Below, piece after piece: positions 1 through 13,900 of a DNA stretch of 64,000 bases (positions within the stretch are counted from its first letter, which is position 1; each line of letters opens with the position of its first letter). Both the position numbers and the translations under genes were made by a program. The notes below the pieces were generated by a model. The model made no database searches and was not told the origin of the DNA. It worked only from the letters and a program-made list of their open reading frames with translations. This stretch comes from Leucoraja erinacea (lineage: Eukaryota): the NCBI RefSeq assembly GCF_028641065.1, contig NC_073399.1:32674001-32738000 (forward strand), written 5' to 3'.

Positions 1-1169
1 GTGGACATACATGCTGTTAATACCCCTAACAAGTCATAGAAACATAGAAAATAGGTGCAGGAGGAGGCCATTCGGCCCTTCGAGCCAGCACCGCCATTCA
101 TTGTGATCATGGCTGATCGTAGTGGGTCAGCTTCCTGAATTAGAGACTCTATATAAGTAATCCCATGGTGTTGTTGGGCAGAGAAGGGTCCAAGGTTTAC
201 AGCTAGCAATGAAGCAGGAATAGCACTAAATCCCCAAATCAGGGTGGATTGTAACTTGGAAGGGAAGAATGCAGAACAGTGCAGCACAGGAATATTCACC
301 CCACAATGTCCATGCCAAATATGATGCCAAGTTCAACTAATTTCCTCTGCCAGCACATTTAATTTAGTTCAGTTTAGTTTTGTTAATTGTCACATGTACC
401 GAGGTCCAGTGAAAAGCTTTTTGCCACGTGCTAGCCAGCCAGGGTAAAGACTACACATGATTACAATTGATCAGTGATCCATATTCCTCCACTCCCTGCC
501 TATCCACATTCCTATGTTAAAGGCTATTAAAGGCCACTATCATATCTGCCTCCGACATCACGCTTGACAACACATTCTAAGCACTCACCCCACTCTGTGT
601 AAAACATGTGCCTCGCACATCTCCTTTAAGCTTTGCCACCCTCGCCTTTAAACTGTACTCACTCGTCTTTGACATTTCCACCCTGGGAATAAAGGTTCTG
701 ACTGTCAGACTGTCTATCTAAGCCTCTCATAATTGTATGTACTCCCAGCAGTTCTCCCCTCAACACCCAAAGTTCCAGAAAAAAACAGTCCAAGTTTGCC
801 CATCCTCCCTTTATATCTAAAACCATCAAATGCATCAATTGCTGGTCGGTGTTTCGAGTCAGGACACTTCGCCCAGGCTGCCTATTTCCTTCCACAGATG
901 CTGCCTGACTGGCTGAGTTCCTCCAGCTGTTCTCCTTTCCATCCATCAGATTCCAGCATCTGCAGTCTGTTGCGCCTCAGAGCACCCACTATCTCTTGCC
1001 CACTCCCATGTACACCCATAGTGGCATTTAAGAGGCATTCAGATGGGCATATAGACATGCAGGGATATGGATCACATGCTGACAGAGACAGGATCGAACC
1101 CGGGTCTCTGGCGCTGTGAGGCAGTGGCTCTATCTGCTGCGCCAGAGACCCGGGTTTGTGTAATGTATT

Positions 1170-1712
1170 CAAAAAAAAAACACATTACACCAATTCTTAA
1201 ATCCTTATATTGGCTCCCTGTATGTCAGAGAATTGATTTCAAAATCCTGCTGCTCACCTATAAATCACTACATGGTTTAGGACCAAAGTATATCACTGAC
1301 ATGCTTCCACTATATAAGCCTTCTAGACCGCTAAGATCTTCTGAAACCAATCTGTTAGTGATTCCCAGAGTAAATACAAAACATGGGAAAGCAGGATTTA
1401 GTTACTATGCAACAAATAGCTGGAATAAACTTCCTGAAGATTTAAGACTTGCCCCAACTTTGACCACTTTTAAAACAAGACTGAAAACTTTTATGTTTAC
1501 TTTAGCTTTCAGCTAAATCTTAACTACATTGCACTTTTAACTTTTGCACTTTTTATAATGCATTTTTAATTTTGCTTTTCTTTTCTTTTAATTCTTCTAT
1601 TTTATTTCAATTTATTATTTCATTTTATTGTATGACATGTTTTTATGTGAAGCACTTTGAGTCTGCCTCGTGTATGAAATGTGCTATATATATATAAAGT
1701 TGCCTTGCCTTG
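1170..1712 (+). mobile_element. L2-clade LINE 3' fragment
   Basis: HITPILKSLYWLPVCQRIDFKILLLTYK...WNKLP is the L2 ORF2 C-terminus; short tandem-repeat tail. Confidence 0.85.
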
Positions 1713-1819
1713 TGCCACAGTGCTGCCCTCAAATCAATTTCTTCAATCAGTTTAATAATCTTGTTATGTTTTTTATATTTCATGGCATAATATTCGATGA
1801 ATATAAATTAGAAACTTAC

Positions 1820-1950
1820 ATGTCGAATTAACAGAACCAGTGCACAAAGGAAGCTAGCAACGGTAAGAATAATCATTGCAATCATCAGCGGATCCTTAAA
1901 AACAGCAAATGTGCACTTTTCTTCTGTGGCACAGTTATGCTTGGTTTCGT
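1820..1950 (-). CDS. CD7: Stalk + transmembrane exon of the CD7/CD28-like receptor
   Basis: Acceptor tcttctcag|, donor |gtaagt; encodes DETKHNCATEEKC...LMIAMIILTVASFLCALVLLIRH; phase 1 in, phase 0 out. Confidence 0.85.
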
Positions 1951-4900
1951 CTGAGAAGATAAAATATAAAAACATATACGTATGTCTTAATTTGTCCATT
2001 ACATCATCAACTTCTCATAAAATGTTCACAAACCCCTTAAAAAAGATGAAACATGAGTTATAGGATGGAATATTTGTGTCTGGTGGCAAAATACCATTCG
2101 CTACATTAATCGTCAGTGTTTATCTCATGAACTGGATAGTGTGGGCATGAAGATGATGTTTCCACTAGTATGAAGGTGTGGGAGCAGAGGACACAGCCGT
2201 TAAGAATAAGAGGGCGTACATTTAGAAAGGAGATGAGGAGGAATTTATTTAGTCAGAGGGCGGTGAATCTGTGCATATTTTGCCACAGATGACTGTGGTG
2301 GGTCAAGTCAATGGATCTTTTTAAGGTGGAGATTGGCAGGTTCTTGATTAGTGCGGGTGTCAGGGGTGTTTGGGGGAAGGCTGGAGAATGGGGTTGAGAG
2401 AGAAAGATAGATCAGCCATGATTGAATGGCAGAGTAGACTTGATGGGCTGAATGGCCTAACTCTGCTCCTATAACATGAACGCATGAACTCTTCAAAGAA
2501 GTAATTCTAAGGATCTTGAACAAAGACCTTTAAACATGAGGTCAGCATGCTTGAGCTATTAAATTGCACATTGAAAATTAGCAAGGATTTTGATAACTAA
2601 ATCACAAATATGAGAGCCTTTTTGAAAAAAGATATATAAGCTCAAGTTTACAAGTGTTTGGGGAGGAAAAACAAAACTGTTTACAGATCCAGCAGATTGG
2701 TTTATAAGGCATTAGGATAAGGCATAAGGAATAAGGCATAACCCCTCAGGAGTTTCATCCCACAATATAGAGGCAGTTCGATGCAGTGGCGGTTTCCAAG
2801 CACCACTGGTAGTTTTCAAAGTTCACACAAAATGGATCACATTTCAAAACATGAGAATCTAACAAGTGTAAGTATGGAAGCAGGCGGAACTGCAGATGCT
2901 GCAATCTTCAACAAACACAAAATGCTGGAAGAACTCAGGCAGCATCTCTGGAAGTCAAGTGTGTAGGAAGGAACTGCGAATTCTGAAGATAGACACAAAA
3001 TGCTGGAGTAACTCAGCAGGACAGGCAGCATCCCTGGTTGGAAGGAATGGGTGACATTTTGGGTCGAGACCCTTGGGAGACTATCTGAAGAAGGGTCTAG
3101 ACCCGAAACGTCGCCCTTTCCTTCAATCCAGAGATGCTGCCTGTCCCGCTGACTTACTCCAGCAATTATGTCTATCTTTGGAATTCAAACCAGGGCAGAA
3201 CCAACAGTGAATGGCAAGGCCCTTTGACGTGTTGTGGAGCAGAGGGATCTGGGGTTACAGGTACAATGTTCCTTGAAATTGGCATCACAAGGCTATCAAG
3301 AAGGCTTTCAGCACATTAGTCTTCATCAGTCAGAGCATCGAGTATATAAGTGTTTAAGAAGGAACTGCAGATGCTGGAGAATCGAAGGTACACAAAAAAG
3401 CTGGAGAAATTCAGCGGGTGCAGCAGCATCTATGGAGCGAAGGAAATAGGCAACGTTTCGGGCCGAAACGTTGCCTATTTCCTTCACTCCATAGATGCTG
3501 CTGCACCCGCTGAGTTTCTCCAGCTTTTTTGTGTACCATCGAATATATAAGTTGGGAGGATATGTTACAGCTGTCCGAGACATTGGTGAGGCCACTGTTA
3601 GAGTACTGTGTTCAGTTTTGGTCACCCTGTTATAGGAACAACGTCGTTAAGCTGGAAAGTGTCCAGAAAAGATTTACGAGGATGTTGCCAGGTCTTGTAA
3701 ATATCAAGTCCTGGAAACTTCATCGTAATGTATTGAATTTTAGTTTGGGGATATATATCGGTCAACTAGTGGTCTGGGAAATTTATGTCCTGCTGAGTGG
3801 GCAGATGGAACGGCATTTTAACACCTTATCCAAAGGATCTCCCAGAAATACATTATTAAAGACTTAGGCACAATCTATCTGCTTAAGTCTCTCGGAAATG
3901 GGTGTTGAACCGAGAATCTTTTCACTTGCCATTCTGACATGGAGAATGGACACATGTTCCCTCCCACACTCTAAGGACGTGCAACTTTGTAGGTTCATTA
4001 GCATCTAAATCTCCCAAATGTGTAAGGAGTGATTGAGAATGTGGTATAACATAGATCTAGTTTGAAAAGACAATTGATGGGTGGCGTGGACTCAAAACAT
4101 CCTGTATCTCTAAACTAACCAAAGGTGTTGGTCATATGATCGAATAGAACAGACCACAAAAATAAGAAATTATCCCACTGACACCCAAGTTGCTGGGTTT
4201 ATCCAATCTCACTTGAATAAAGAGGGGACTATATAATACAACGTTTTTCCTTTGGCATGTCTACTTTGATTACAGTAACCTCTTCTCCGGAGATGCTGCC
4301 TGTCCTGCTGAGTTACTCCAGCATTTGATGTCTATCTTTAGCAATTACAATTCCTTCCTACACTCTTCAATCAATATGCCGCGCAAAGGCAACACGACTT
4401 CTGCTGACCTCTGAATAAAGCACAAGATCCTGGAGTAGTGGGTCAGGCAACATCTGTGGAATCAAAGGATAGGCTGAAGAACAGTGCCAACCCAAAATGT
4501 CGCCAATCCATTCTTTCCAGAGATGCTGCCTGACTAGTGTTACTCCAGAACTTTGTATTTTACTCAAGATTCCAGCATCTCCAATTCGTTTTGCCTCTAC
4601 TCTGCTGCCTCTTACTACATTCTGGAAGAAATTTTATTATGAATTCAGTATAAAACGGCACTTAAAATGCAATTGCCACAACTTCATTTTTCAGTCAGAA
4701 AAGTGAAATCAAATATGTTGAGTAACAAGCTGATAATTTATTCCCCTGGGAAGAGATAATTAGAAACAATAGAATTGATATTTTGGATACCTGTTAAGAA
4801 ATATTAAAACAGGTAATTGCATAACACAGGTTTAGATGGATATGGGGCAAAAGCAGGCAGGTGGGACTAGTGCAGATGGCACATGTTGACCGGTGTGAGC

Positions 4901-7900
4901 AAGTTGGGCCAAGGGGCCTGTTTCTATGCTGGAAGGGGATTAGTGTTTTATAAATGATTGGAAACAAAGCTGTGAGCGGGCGGACGGCCGATAGCAGCAA
5001 AGGGCCGGCCGATCGTGGCTTCTGGGGCGGGAAGACTTCACTCACTGCACCGGGGAGAGAGAGAAAGAGAGAACAGGGCTCGACTATAGGGAAACCTGGG
5101 GCAGGCCGCGAGGAGAAAGTTCTTCAGCGCGTGAGCGCCGGTGACCTCCGGTGACCGCGGGATCTACAGAACACTCAATTTTTCTGCGCCTTTTGAAGAA
5201 TGGGGGGGGGGGGGGGGTAACGTAACTCGTGGAAAGCAGTGCGCATGCGCGGTGACATCATCTGCTTTAATCCAGAAGCAGGACGGGGTCATGTGGGCCT
5301 CGAGCAAGGGCATTGTGACGTCAGCAGCTGGGCAGCGGTTGGGAGGAGAGAGAGGAGAGAGGAGGGGAGAGAGAGGGCGAGACAGGGGGGGAGAGAAAGG
5401 GGGCTGAGGTGGGGAGAGGAGGGGGGGGAGGGGGAAGGGAGAGGGAGGGGGGGAAGGGGGGGGAGAGGGTTGGGGAGGAGGGGGAAGGGAGGGGGAGGAA
5501 GGGAAGGGGGAGAGATGGTTGGTAATGGNNNNNNNNNNNNNNNNNNNNNNNNNNNNNNNNNNNNNNNNNNNNNNNNNNNNNNNNNNNNNNNNNNNNNNNN
5601 NNNNNNNNNNNNNNNNNNNNNNNNNNNNNNNNNNNNNNNNNNNNNNNNNNNNNNNNNNNNNNNNNNNNNNNNNNNNNNNNNNNNNNNNNNNNNNNNNNNN
5701 NNNNNNNNNNNNNNNNNNNNNNNNNNNNNNNNNNNNAGGGATGGAGAGAGAGAGAGGGGGGAAGAGAGAGAGGGAGAGGGGAGAGAGAGAGAAAAAGAGC
5801 AAAGTGNNNNNNNNNNNNNNNNNNNNNNNNNNNNNNNNNNNNNNNNNNNNNNNNNNNNNNNNNNNNNNNNNNNNNNNNNNNNNNNNNNNNNNNNNNNNNN
5901 NNNNNNNNNNNNNNNNNNNNNNNNNNNNNNNNNNNNNNNNNNNNNNNNNNNNNNNNNNNNNNNNNNNNNNNNNNNNNNNNNNNNNNNNNNNNNNNNNNNN
6001 NNNNNNNNNNNNNNNNNNNNNNNNNNNNNNNNNNNNNNNNNNNNNNNNNNNNNNNNNNNNNNNNNNNNAGGGGAAGGGAGGGAGGGGGACAGGGGAGGGG
6101 GGGGAGGGAGAGAGATAGATGCTATAGCGAGCTATAGGATCTTTGCTGAGGACTGATACGAGCAACGGAGGGCGGGGAAGAGAGAGATGGAGAAGAGAGA
6201 GCTGCATTCATCCAGAGTGGTATGGGGGGCGATGTCCTCGAGGAAAGGCATTGTGAGGTCAGCAGCTGGGCAGCCTTTCTATTTTTTTTAAATGTCAGTT
6301 TGGTGATAAATTTAAGTAAATATCTCGGAAAATAATTGACCACATTTATAGAGAATTGGATTTTTGAAATCATAACGGAAATTTCTACCAGAAGGTGTAA
6401 ACATTTCACTGTTATTGTAACGTCAGGAACTGGGCAGTGGTCAGATTAAATGAAAAGGTCAGGTTGGTCACCAATTTTAATAAAAAAAGCCGGGGAAAAT
6501 AATGTACCAAATGAACAGATTCTCTACTGCCCAAAATCTCTACTGAAATATGTACAAATGTCCCTGTTTCGGCGTCTGGTTTCGAGGAGATATNNNNNNN
6601 NNNNNNNNNNNNNNNNNNNNNNNNNNNNNNNNNNNNNNNNNNNNNNNNNNNNNNNNNNNNNNNNNNNNNNNNNNNNNNNNNNNNNNNNNNNNNNNNNNNN
6701 NNNNNNNNNNNNNNNNNNNNNNNNNNNNNNNNNNNNNNNNNNNNNNNNNNNNNNNNNNNNNNNNNNNNNNNNNNTAATTTGCTCCTTATACCCCATGCCC
6801 CGCCCTATCCACTCATGCATAACCCCTAACTGCGCAGTCGTGTCTAGAGAGGGGGGGTGGTGGAGGGAAGGGGAGGGGGTATGGATTTGGGGCTGGGAGA
6901 GCACGGCATCACACTGGAGGGCTGGTTCCCAAACGCAATACTCCACCACTCACCCATAGGTCCCAACATTCACCACTCACTAGAGAGGGAGGGGGGCAGA
7001 GAGGAGGGGGGCAGAGAGGAAGGGAGGGCAGAGAGGGAGGGTCCCTCCCTCTCCCCTACTCCCTCTCCCCTCCTCTCCTCCCTCTCCTCCTCCCTCTCCT
7101 CTCTGCTTTCTCTGGGAGGAGAACCTTCTTCAGCATGTGAGTGCTGCTGACTTTGCGATCTGCCAAAACAAATATCCTATTGCGGAGCGGAGCTGTAGGA
7201 TCTTTGCTGCAGAACTTTCTCATTCCTTCTGCGCCTTTTGAAGAATGAGGGGGGGGGGTGCGTGGAGTAACATACCTCGTGAAAAACTGCGCATGCGCAT
7301 TGACAGCGGCTGCGTTAATCCACAGTGGTGGGAGGGCGGGGCCAGGAGGCAGGTGGGCTTTGATTGGTGGGCACGTGGGCATCGCGATGTCAGCAGCTAG
7401 CAAGCGGCAATTTTTTTTTTAAAGTGAGTTTTGTGAACAATTTTATTCAAAATCTGGGGAAATAATTGACCAAATTTTCTGAAATCATAAGGTAATTCCC
7501 TAGCAAAATATGTAAAAATCTCCCTATTTTTGCATCTGGTTTTCGAGGAGGTACGTTTCAAAGGCAAAATGACACACACCCACACACAGAGTTTTAAAAG
7601 TATATAGATAGATAGATATGTTATGGTAGTTCAATGTTAACCAGCATCTGCAGTGGCTTCCCACACATAGTTTTTAATTATCAGCTCTAGTTCAGTATAT
7701 AATACTGCATGAATATTTGATGCATAAAACTCACGTACCTGTTACAAAAAGTATTGTTCCTGTAGAGTTGAAGTCTTTTAATCTACCGTTCTCTATCCCA
7801 GAAGAACAATAGTAAATATCAGTGTCGTTTTTCTGGAGATTTTTGAGAGTAATGTTGATCCTCTTTGCATCGTGTGTCCCAATGCAACCCAAACGAAGTT

Positions 7901-10900
7901 TATGCATATCAGGTATGAACGCAGATGTATTGGTGACATAACAAAGTTTCATTGGGTTGAAAGGATTCCTTAGTAAACTAGTGCCCACTAGCGTTCCATG
8001 TGTAAATGTGATTTCACAGGTCATTGAAACTGATTCTCCTCTTTCTGCATATATGGTACGTGGAGACTGGGAAACAAACTGTCCTGTAAAATTGCACAAA
8101 CAAAAGGTTTGTCAGTGCATGCATCAAGTGATCAGTCAGCAATAAGCACATTTTCATACTTTAAAAAACAGAGATGGAGAAGGTACGAATATCATACAAT
8201 TAGAGATATATCCCTGGAGGAAGTTTGTTTCATGCAACAATCAAGAATTGATGGACACAAAATGCTGGAGTGACTCAATCGAGGCCCAAATTTAGTTTAG
8301 TTTAGTTTAGTTTATTGTCACATGTACCGAGACACATTGAAAAGCTTTTTTGTTGCGTGCTATCAGGTCACTGGAAGGACTATACATGATTACAATCAAG
8401 CCGTCCACAGTGTACAGATATATGATGAAATAAATAACATTTAGTGTGAGATAAAGTCCAGTAAAGTCCACTTTAGTCTAAGGGTCACCGGTGACGTTGA
8501 TAGTAGCTCAAAATCGCACTCTAATTGGTGATAGGATGATACAATTGCCTGAAAACAACTGGGAGAAACAGGTCAGGATGATGCGTGGAATAGAGGGTAT
8601 TAGCTACCAAGAGAGGTTGGACAAACTAGAAATGTTTTCTCCGTAATGCTGGAGGCTAAGGGAAGACCTCAAGTTCAAGTTCAAGAGTTCCAGAGAGTTT
8701 ATTGTCGTGTGTCCCTGATAGGACAATGAAATTCTTGCTTTGCTTCAGCACAACAGAACATAACAGGCATTGACTCCAAAACACATGAATTAATAAACTG
8801 ATAGAGTGCAAATAACAAATAATGGGTTATTAATGTTCAGAGTTTTGTCCAAGCCAGGTTTAATAGCCTGATGGCTGTGGGGGAAGTAGCTATTCCTGAA
8901 CCTGGTCGTTGCAGTCTTCAGGCTCCTGTACCTTCTACCTGAAGGTAGCAGGGAGATGAGTGTGTGGCCAGGATGGTGTGGGTCTTTGATGATACTGCCA
9001 GCTTTTTTGAGGCAGCGACTGCGATAAATCCCCTCGATGTTCTATGTTCTGTGTTCTCTGTTCTATGATCTAATCTCTCCCTTTTCTTTTATTCACTGGC
9101 TGCAGATTATTTTGCAAAGTTGCGGTCTGATCTTTGGTTCTGCAGCAAAAGTTGCAGTAAAAAATCTATTGACTTATCCTTGACTGCAGTAATGTCCAGA
9201 ATATAATTTCATTCTGCAGTCCTCCTGCTCGTGGTATGTATCTACTTTTTTGGTCTTCAAATCAAAGGAGGCTACAAAAACAAACAAAATATTGCAGGTG
9301 AGGGAAACCTGAAATATAAACAGAAAATGCTGGAGCTACTCAGCAGGTCAGGCAACATCCGTGGGAAGAGAAGCAAAATTAATGTTTCAGGTTGAAGACC
9401 TTTCATTAGGATTAGGAAGAAGAAGGAAGACCAGCTCTAAGGAAGGGGTCCCAATCTGAAATGCTCACTCTGTTTCTCCTCCCACAGATGCTGTCCAACC
9501 TGCTGAGTATTTTGGGCATTTTCTGTTTTTATCAATGGAGGCGGATGGCTTGGTGGCACAATTGTACAGCTGCTGCCTTACAGACCAGAGACCTGGGTTT
9601 GATCCTGACCACGGGTGCTGTCTGTATACAGTTTGTATATTTGCCTTGTGACTGCGTGGGTTTTCTCTGAGTTATCCGGTTTCTTCCCACACTCAAAAGA
9701 CTCACAGGTTTGTAGGTTAGTTGCCTTCTGTAAATTGTAAATTGTCCCTAGTGTGTAGGAAAATGTTAATGTATGAGATGATCGCAGGTCAGTGCGGACT
9801 CAGTGGGCTGAAGGGTCTGTTTCCACACTGTTTCTCTCAAGTCTCATGAGTCTAGCAGGTGATAGCTGTTTAATGACTTCAAGTTTTCACCAACGTTTTT
9901 CCTGTGGCCACTGATGAAATGTCATCATATCCCCAAAACATTGTGTGCACATTTTGCTTCACATTGACATTGCTGCCAAAGCCTGGCCTCAAAGTCTGGC
10001 CTATCCCTCAAGATATTGTTACTTCTAAGCAATAAGATCCACTCTGGTCCATTGAGGAATACAGGCGGTCATGCTGGACACAGCACCATGCATACTCAAC
10101 ATTAAGGTGTGCATGTCTCCATACATGTTACACAGTAAAATGATATGCAATGAACAGAATTGACTTCACAATCAATGGATTCGTTTTTTTAGTTTAGTTT
10201 ATTATCAAGTGTACCAATGTTTTGTTGCGTGCTAACAAGTCAACGGAAAGAGAATACATGCTTACAGTCAAGCGCTCTGTAGCGTATAGATACAAGATAA
10301 AGGCAAAACGTTAATAACGTTTACAACAGGATAACATCCAGCAAAGTTGGGTCAAAGATATTCTGAGGGTCTCCAATGAGGTAGATAGTAGCTCAGGCCT
10401 GCTCTCTAGTTGTTGGTAGAATGGTTCAGATGCCTGATGGTAGCTGGGAAGAAACCACCTCCAGTTTAAATTCCATTTGGAATATTTTTGAGAACCAAGA
10501 AACCAAGAAAGAGTCCCTGAGTCTGGAGGTGTGCGTTTTCACATTTCTGTACCTCTTGCCCAATGGGGGAGGGGAGGGGAGAGGAGGGAGTGGCCAGGGT
10601 GCGTCTTGCCCTTGATTGTGCTGCTGGCCTTTGTCGAGGCAGCGTGAGGTGTAGATGGAGTCAATGGAAGGGTGGTTGGTTTGTGTGATAGTCTGAGCTG
10701 CGCCCGCAATCCTCCACTGGGCATCATGTCCCTGCCGAACATGACTCCGCCATTAAACTAATCTCCGCTGCTTGCACATTATCTATATCCCTCCATTCCC
10801 TGCCTATCCATGCGCCTATCAATAAGCCTCTTAAATGCCACTATCATATCTACCTCCACCACTGCCCCAGGCAGCCACCACTCTCTGTGTAAAAATCCTG

Positions 10901-13900
10901 TCTTGTTTAAATGTTGCCCCTCTTACTTTAAAGCAATGGCCTCTAGCCTTTGACATTGCCAAACCTGGGATGTGGTAACTGCAATCATTTACAATGATTA
11001 TTGCAAAACCATAAGAACTCCCACTTTTACTTTACAAATATTTAAATGTAATTGAAACATATTAAGATGCTTAGAATCTAAGAATTAAAACATGCAAATA
11101 AAATGTTCAAGAATAAAATAACCTAATTTTGAGACAGTTTCTTAAACCTAAATATTTAAAATTAAAGAAATGTCGAATAAGATTTGTTGAAACAGTACGG
11201 GTTTGAGGGGCAAAAGAACATTTGCTTCACTCAGTCGGAGGCAGGGTCTTAAGGGGTTGGACAGGATTGATGCAGGAAGATTATTCCCGATGTTGGGGAA
11301 GTCCAGAACTAGGGGTTGCAGTTTAAGGATAAGAGGGAAGACTTTTAGGACTGAGATGAGGAAAACATTTTTTACACAGAGAGAGTGGTGAATCTGTGGA
11401 ATTCTCTGCCACAGAAGGTAATTGAGGCCAGTTCATTGGCTATATTTAAGAGGGAGTTAGATGTGGCCCTTGTGGCTAAAGGGATCAGGGGGTATGGAGA
11501 GAAGGCAGGGATGGGATACTGAGTTGGATGATCAGCCATGATCATATCAAATGGCAGTGCAGGCTCGAAGGGCCGAATGGCCTACTCCTGCACCTGTTTT
11601 CTATGTTTTTATGTTTCTATGTCTTGAAATGTTGTCTGTTCATTCCCTCTGGAGATGCTGCCTAACCCGCTGAGTTCCTCCACCACTGTTTTTGCTCATT
11701 TATTTCTTAATCTTTGATATAAACATATATAAACATATAAGGATTACAGAACGGAAACAGGCCCTTCTTTCTTTTGTGCCTACATTTCAATTTTTATAGA
11801 TGATAAGGTAATATTAATAATAATAATAATAATAATTTTATTTATAGAGCACTTTAAAAACAAACATAGTTGCAACAAAGTGCTGTACATCACTAATCAT
11901 TGACAAAAAGTTAATACACACCAAAAATAACAATCAAAAGAAATAGTAGGAAAAGACAAGTAAAAAAAGAAACATCAAAAACACCACAAACAGAAGCAAA
12001 GCCTCAGGCATGGTCAAAAGCCAGGGAGTACAAATGTGTTTTAACACTGGATTTGAAGATGGACAAAAAATATTCCTAAAAAGAGGAGCTAGGAAATGGA
12101 ATAATTCTTGATCTGAAACTTTAATTTGTTTTCTCTTTACATATACGACCTGTCTTGCGGAATATCCCAGCAATTTATTTCCCAGCAAATGCAACATATT
12201 ATTTGCGCCTCCAAAGTCTATTCCTCACTATGGAAGCTTAAAATATATATTTTTGGATGTTCCAATGAGATTTTGGTTTACAACATTCATTTTTTGTATG
12301 TAATGTATTTTAATACAACACTTTCAAACCCAACATCATTTTGAAGGTCACAAATATATAAGAACTAATTCTATAAAGATTAGCTTGATTTTTCATGATA
12401 GATTCCTTATCGGTATTGCAGAATTTATCTTTTGTTTAAAACCTTTAAAATTAGTTCAATTATTTGCAGCTTTAACGACCAAGGATTGTAAAACATAGTT
12501 AGGTATCATTGCTTTCATGTTTAAGAAGGAACTGTAGATGCCGGAACAATCAAAGATAGACAAAAAATACTGGAGAATGCTCATCATCCTACAGTCCAAG
12601 AAATAGAGTCCTCGACTGCTCAACCCAGTATCTATGGTGAAGGAATAGACGTCGTTTTGGGTCAAGACCCTTCTTCAGACAGAAGAACATCAACTGCTTC
12701 AATGTTGATTGGTTTGTATTGGGATTATATTAATATTTAAGTATAGAAGTTGGGAGATCAATCTGCAATTGTGTAAGACATTGGTGAAGCCACATTTAGA
12801 GTATTGTGTTCAGTTTTGGACACCAAGTTATAGGATAGATGTTGTCAAACTGGAAAGGGTGCAGAGAAGATTTATAAGCTTGTCAGCACTCGAGGGCTTG
12901 AGCTTAAGGGAGAGGCTGGGCAGGCTCGGACTCTATTTCTTGGACTGCAGGACGATGAGGGATGTTCTTATTTATAGAGCTATACATGAGAGGCAAAAGC
13001 ATAGAGTCTCTTGTACAGAGTAGGGGAATTGAGAACCAGAGGACATAGGTTTAAGGTGAGGGGGGAAAGATTTAATAGGAACCTGATGGGTTACCTTTTC
13101 ACACAAAAGGTGGTCGGCGTATGGAACGAGTTGCCAGAGGAGATAGTTGAGGCAGGCACTATCACAATGTTTAAGAATTATATAGACAGGTACATGGATA
13201 GGACAGGTTTAAAGGGGTGCGGGCTACCTGCAGGCAGGTGGGACAAGTGTAGACGGGATGTTGGCCGGCGTGGGCAAGTTGGACGGAAGGGCCTGTTTCC
13301 ATGCTGTAAGACTCTATGGTTCTATAACTCTATAACTCTATTTACACTGGAGAGAACAAGTTGAAATGCTCTAATAAAGATCACAGTTCAAGATAGCACA
13401 AGAAAAGGATAGCATGCACTTTTATAATTTCTTACTAATATAGAAACACATCCCAAAATGTACCACAGGAGTGAAAAAATTAAACATTAGACCACAGAAC
13501 CTAGATTTGGAAAATCTATCCTAAACTCTGGGATTTAAGAAGAATCATAGATGAAGGGATTAGTTCCTTGGCAATGAAGAACATGGATAGGTGATGTTTC
13601 AGGTCGGGACAGAAGAATGGTCCCGACATGAACCATCGCCTATCCATGTTCTCCAGGGCTGATGCCTGACCCGCTGAGTTACTCCAGCCCTCTGTGTCAT
13701 TCTTGTTGCAAACTAGCATCTGCAATTCCTTGTTTCTACAGTGCAGGGACAATATTTGTCAAAGGCTATCCCAAAGGAAGATTGAACATATACGATCACT
13801 TCTGACCACAAGCCTGTAGAGGAACAAACAAGTGCGGCAAAACATTTCTGGTGTGCAGTTATTATTTAAAATTCATGAGACTTCATTGGAAGTTGTTTCT

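Noticed and set aside
121-260. Open minus-strand stretch as a possible cytoplasmic exon of the receptor
   Set aside because: AAG acceptor, hydrophobic translation unlike a signalling tail, no YxxM motif, and it runs into a CR1 tail
5141-6959. Long Pro/Gly/Arg-rich ORFs
   Set aside because: Artefacts of G/A-rich low complexity and N runs
7739-8083. Calling the receptor CD28, CTLA4, ICOS, CD8 or a TCR V segment
   Set aside because: No MYPPPY/FDPPPF loop, no canonical Trp, and no RSS; the G strand is encoded in the same exon
9550-9620. tRNA-like A/B boxes here and in many other places
   Set aside because: They are SINE heads followed by V or CORE domains, not tRNA genes
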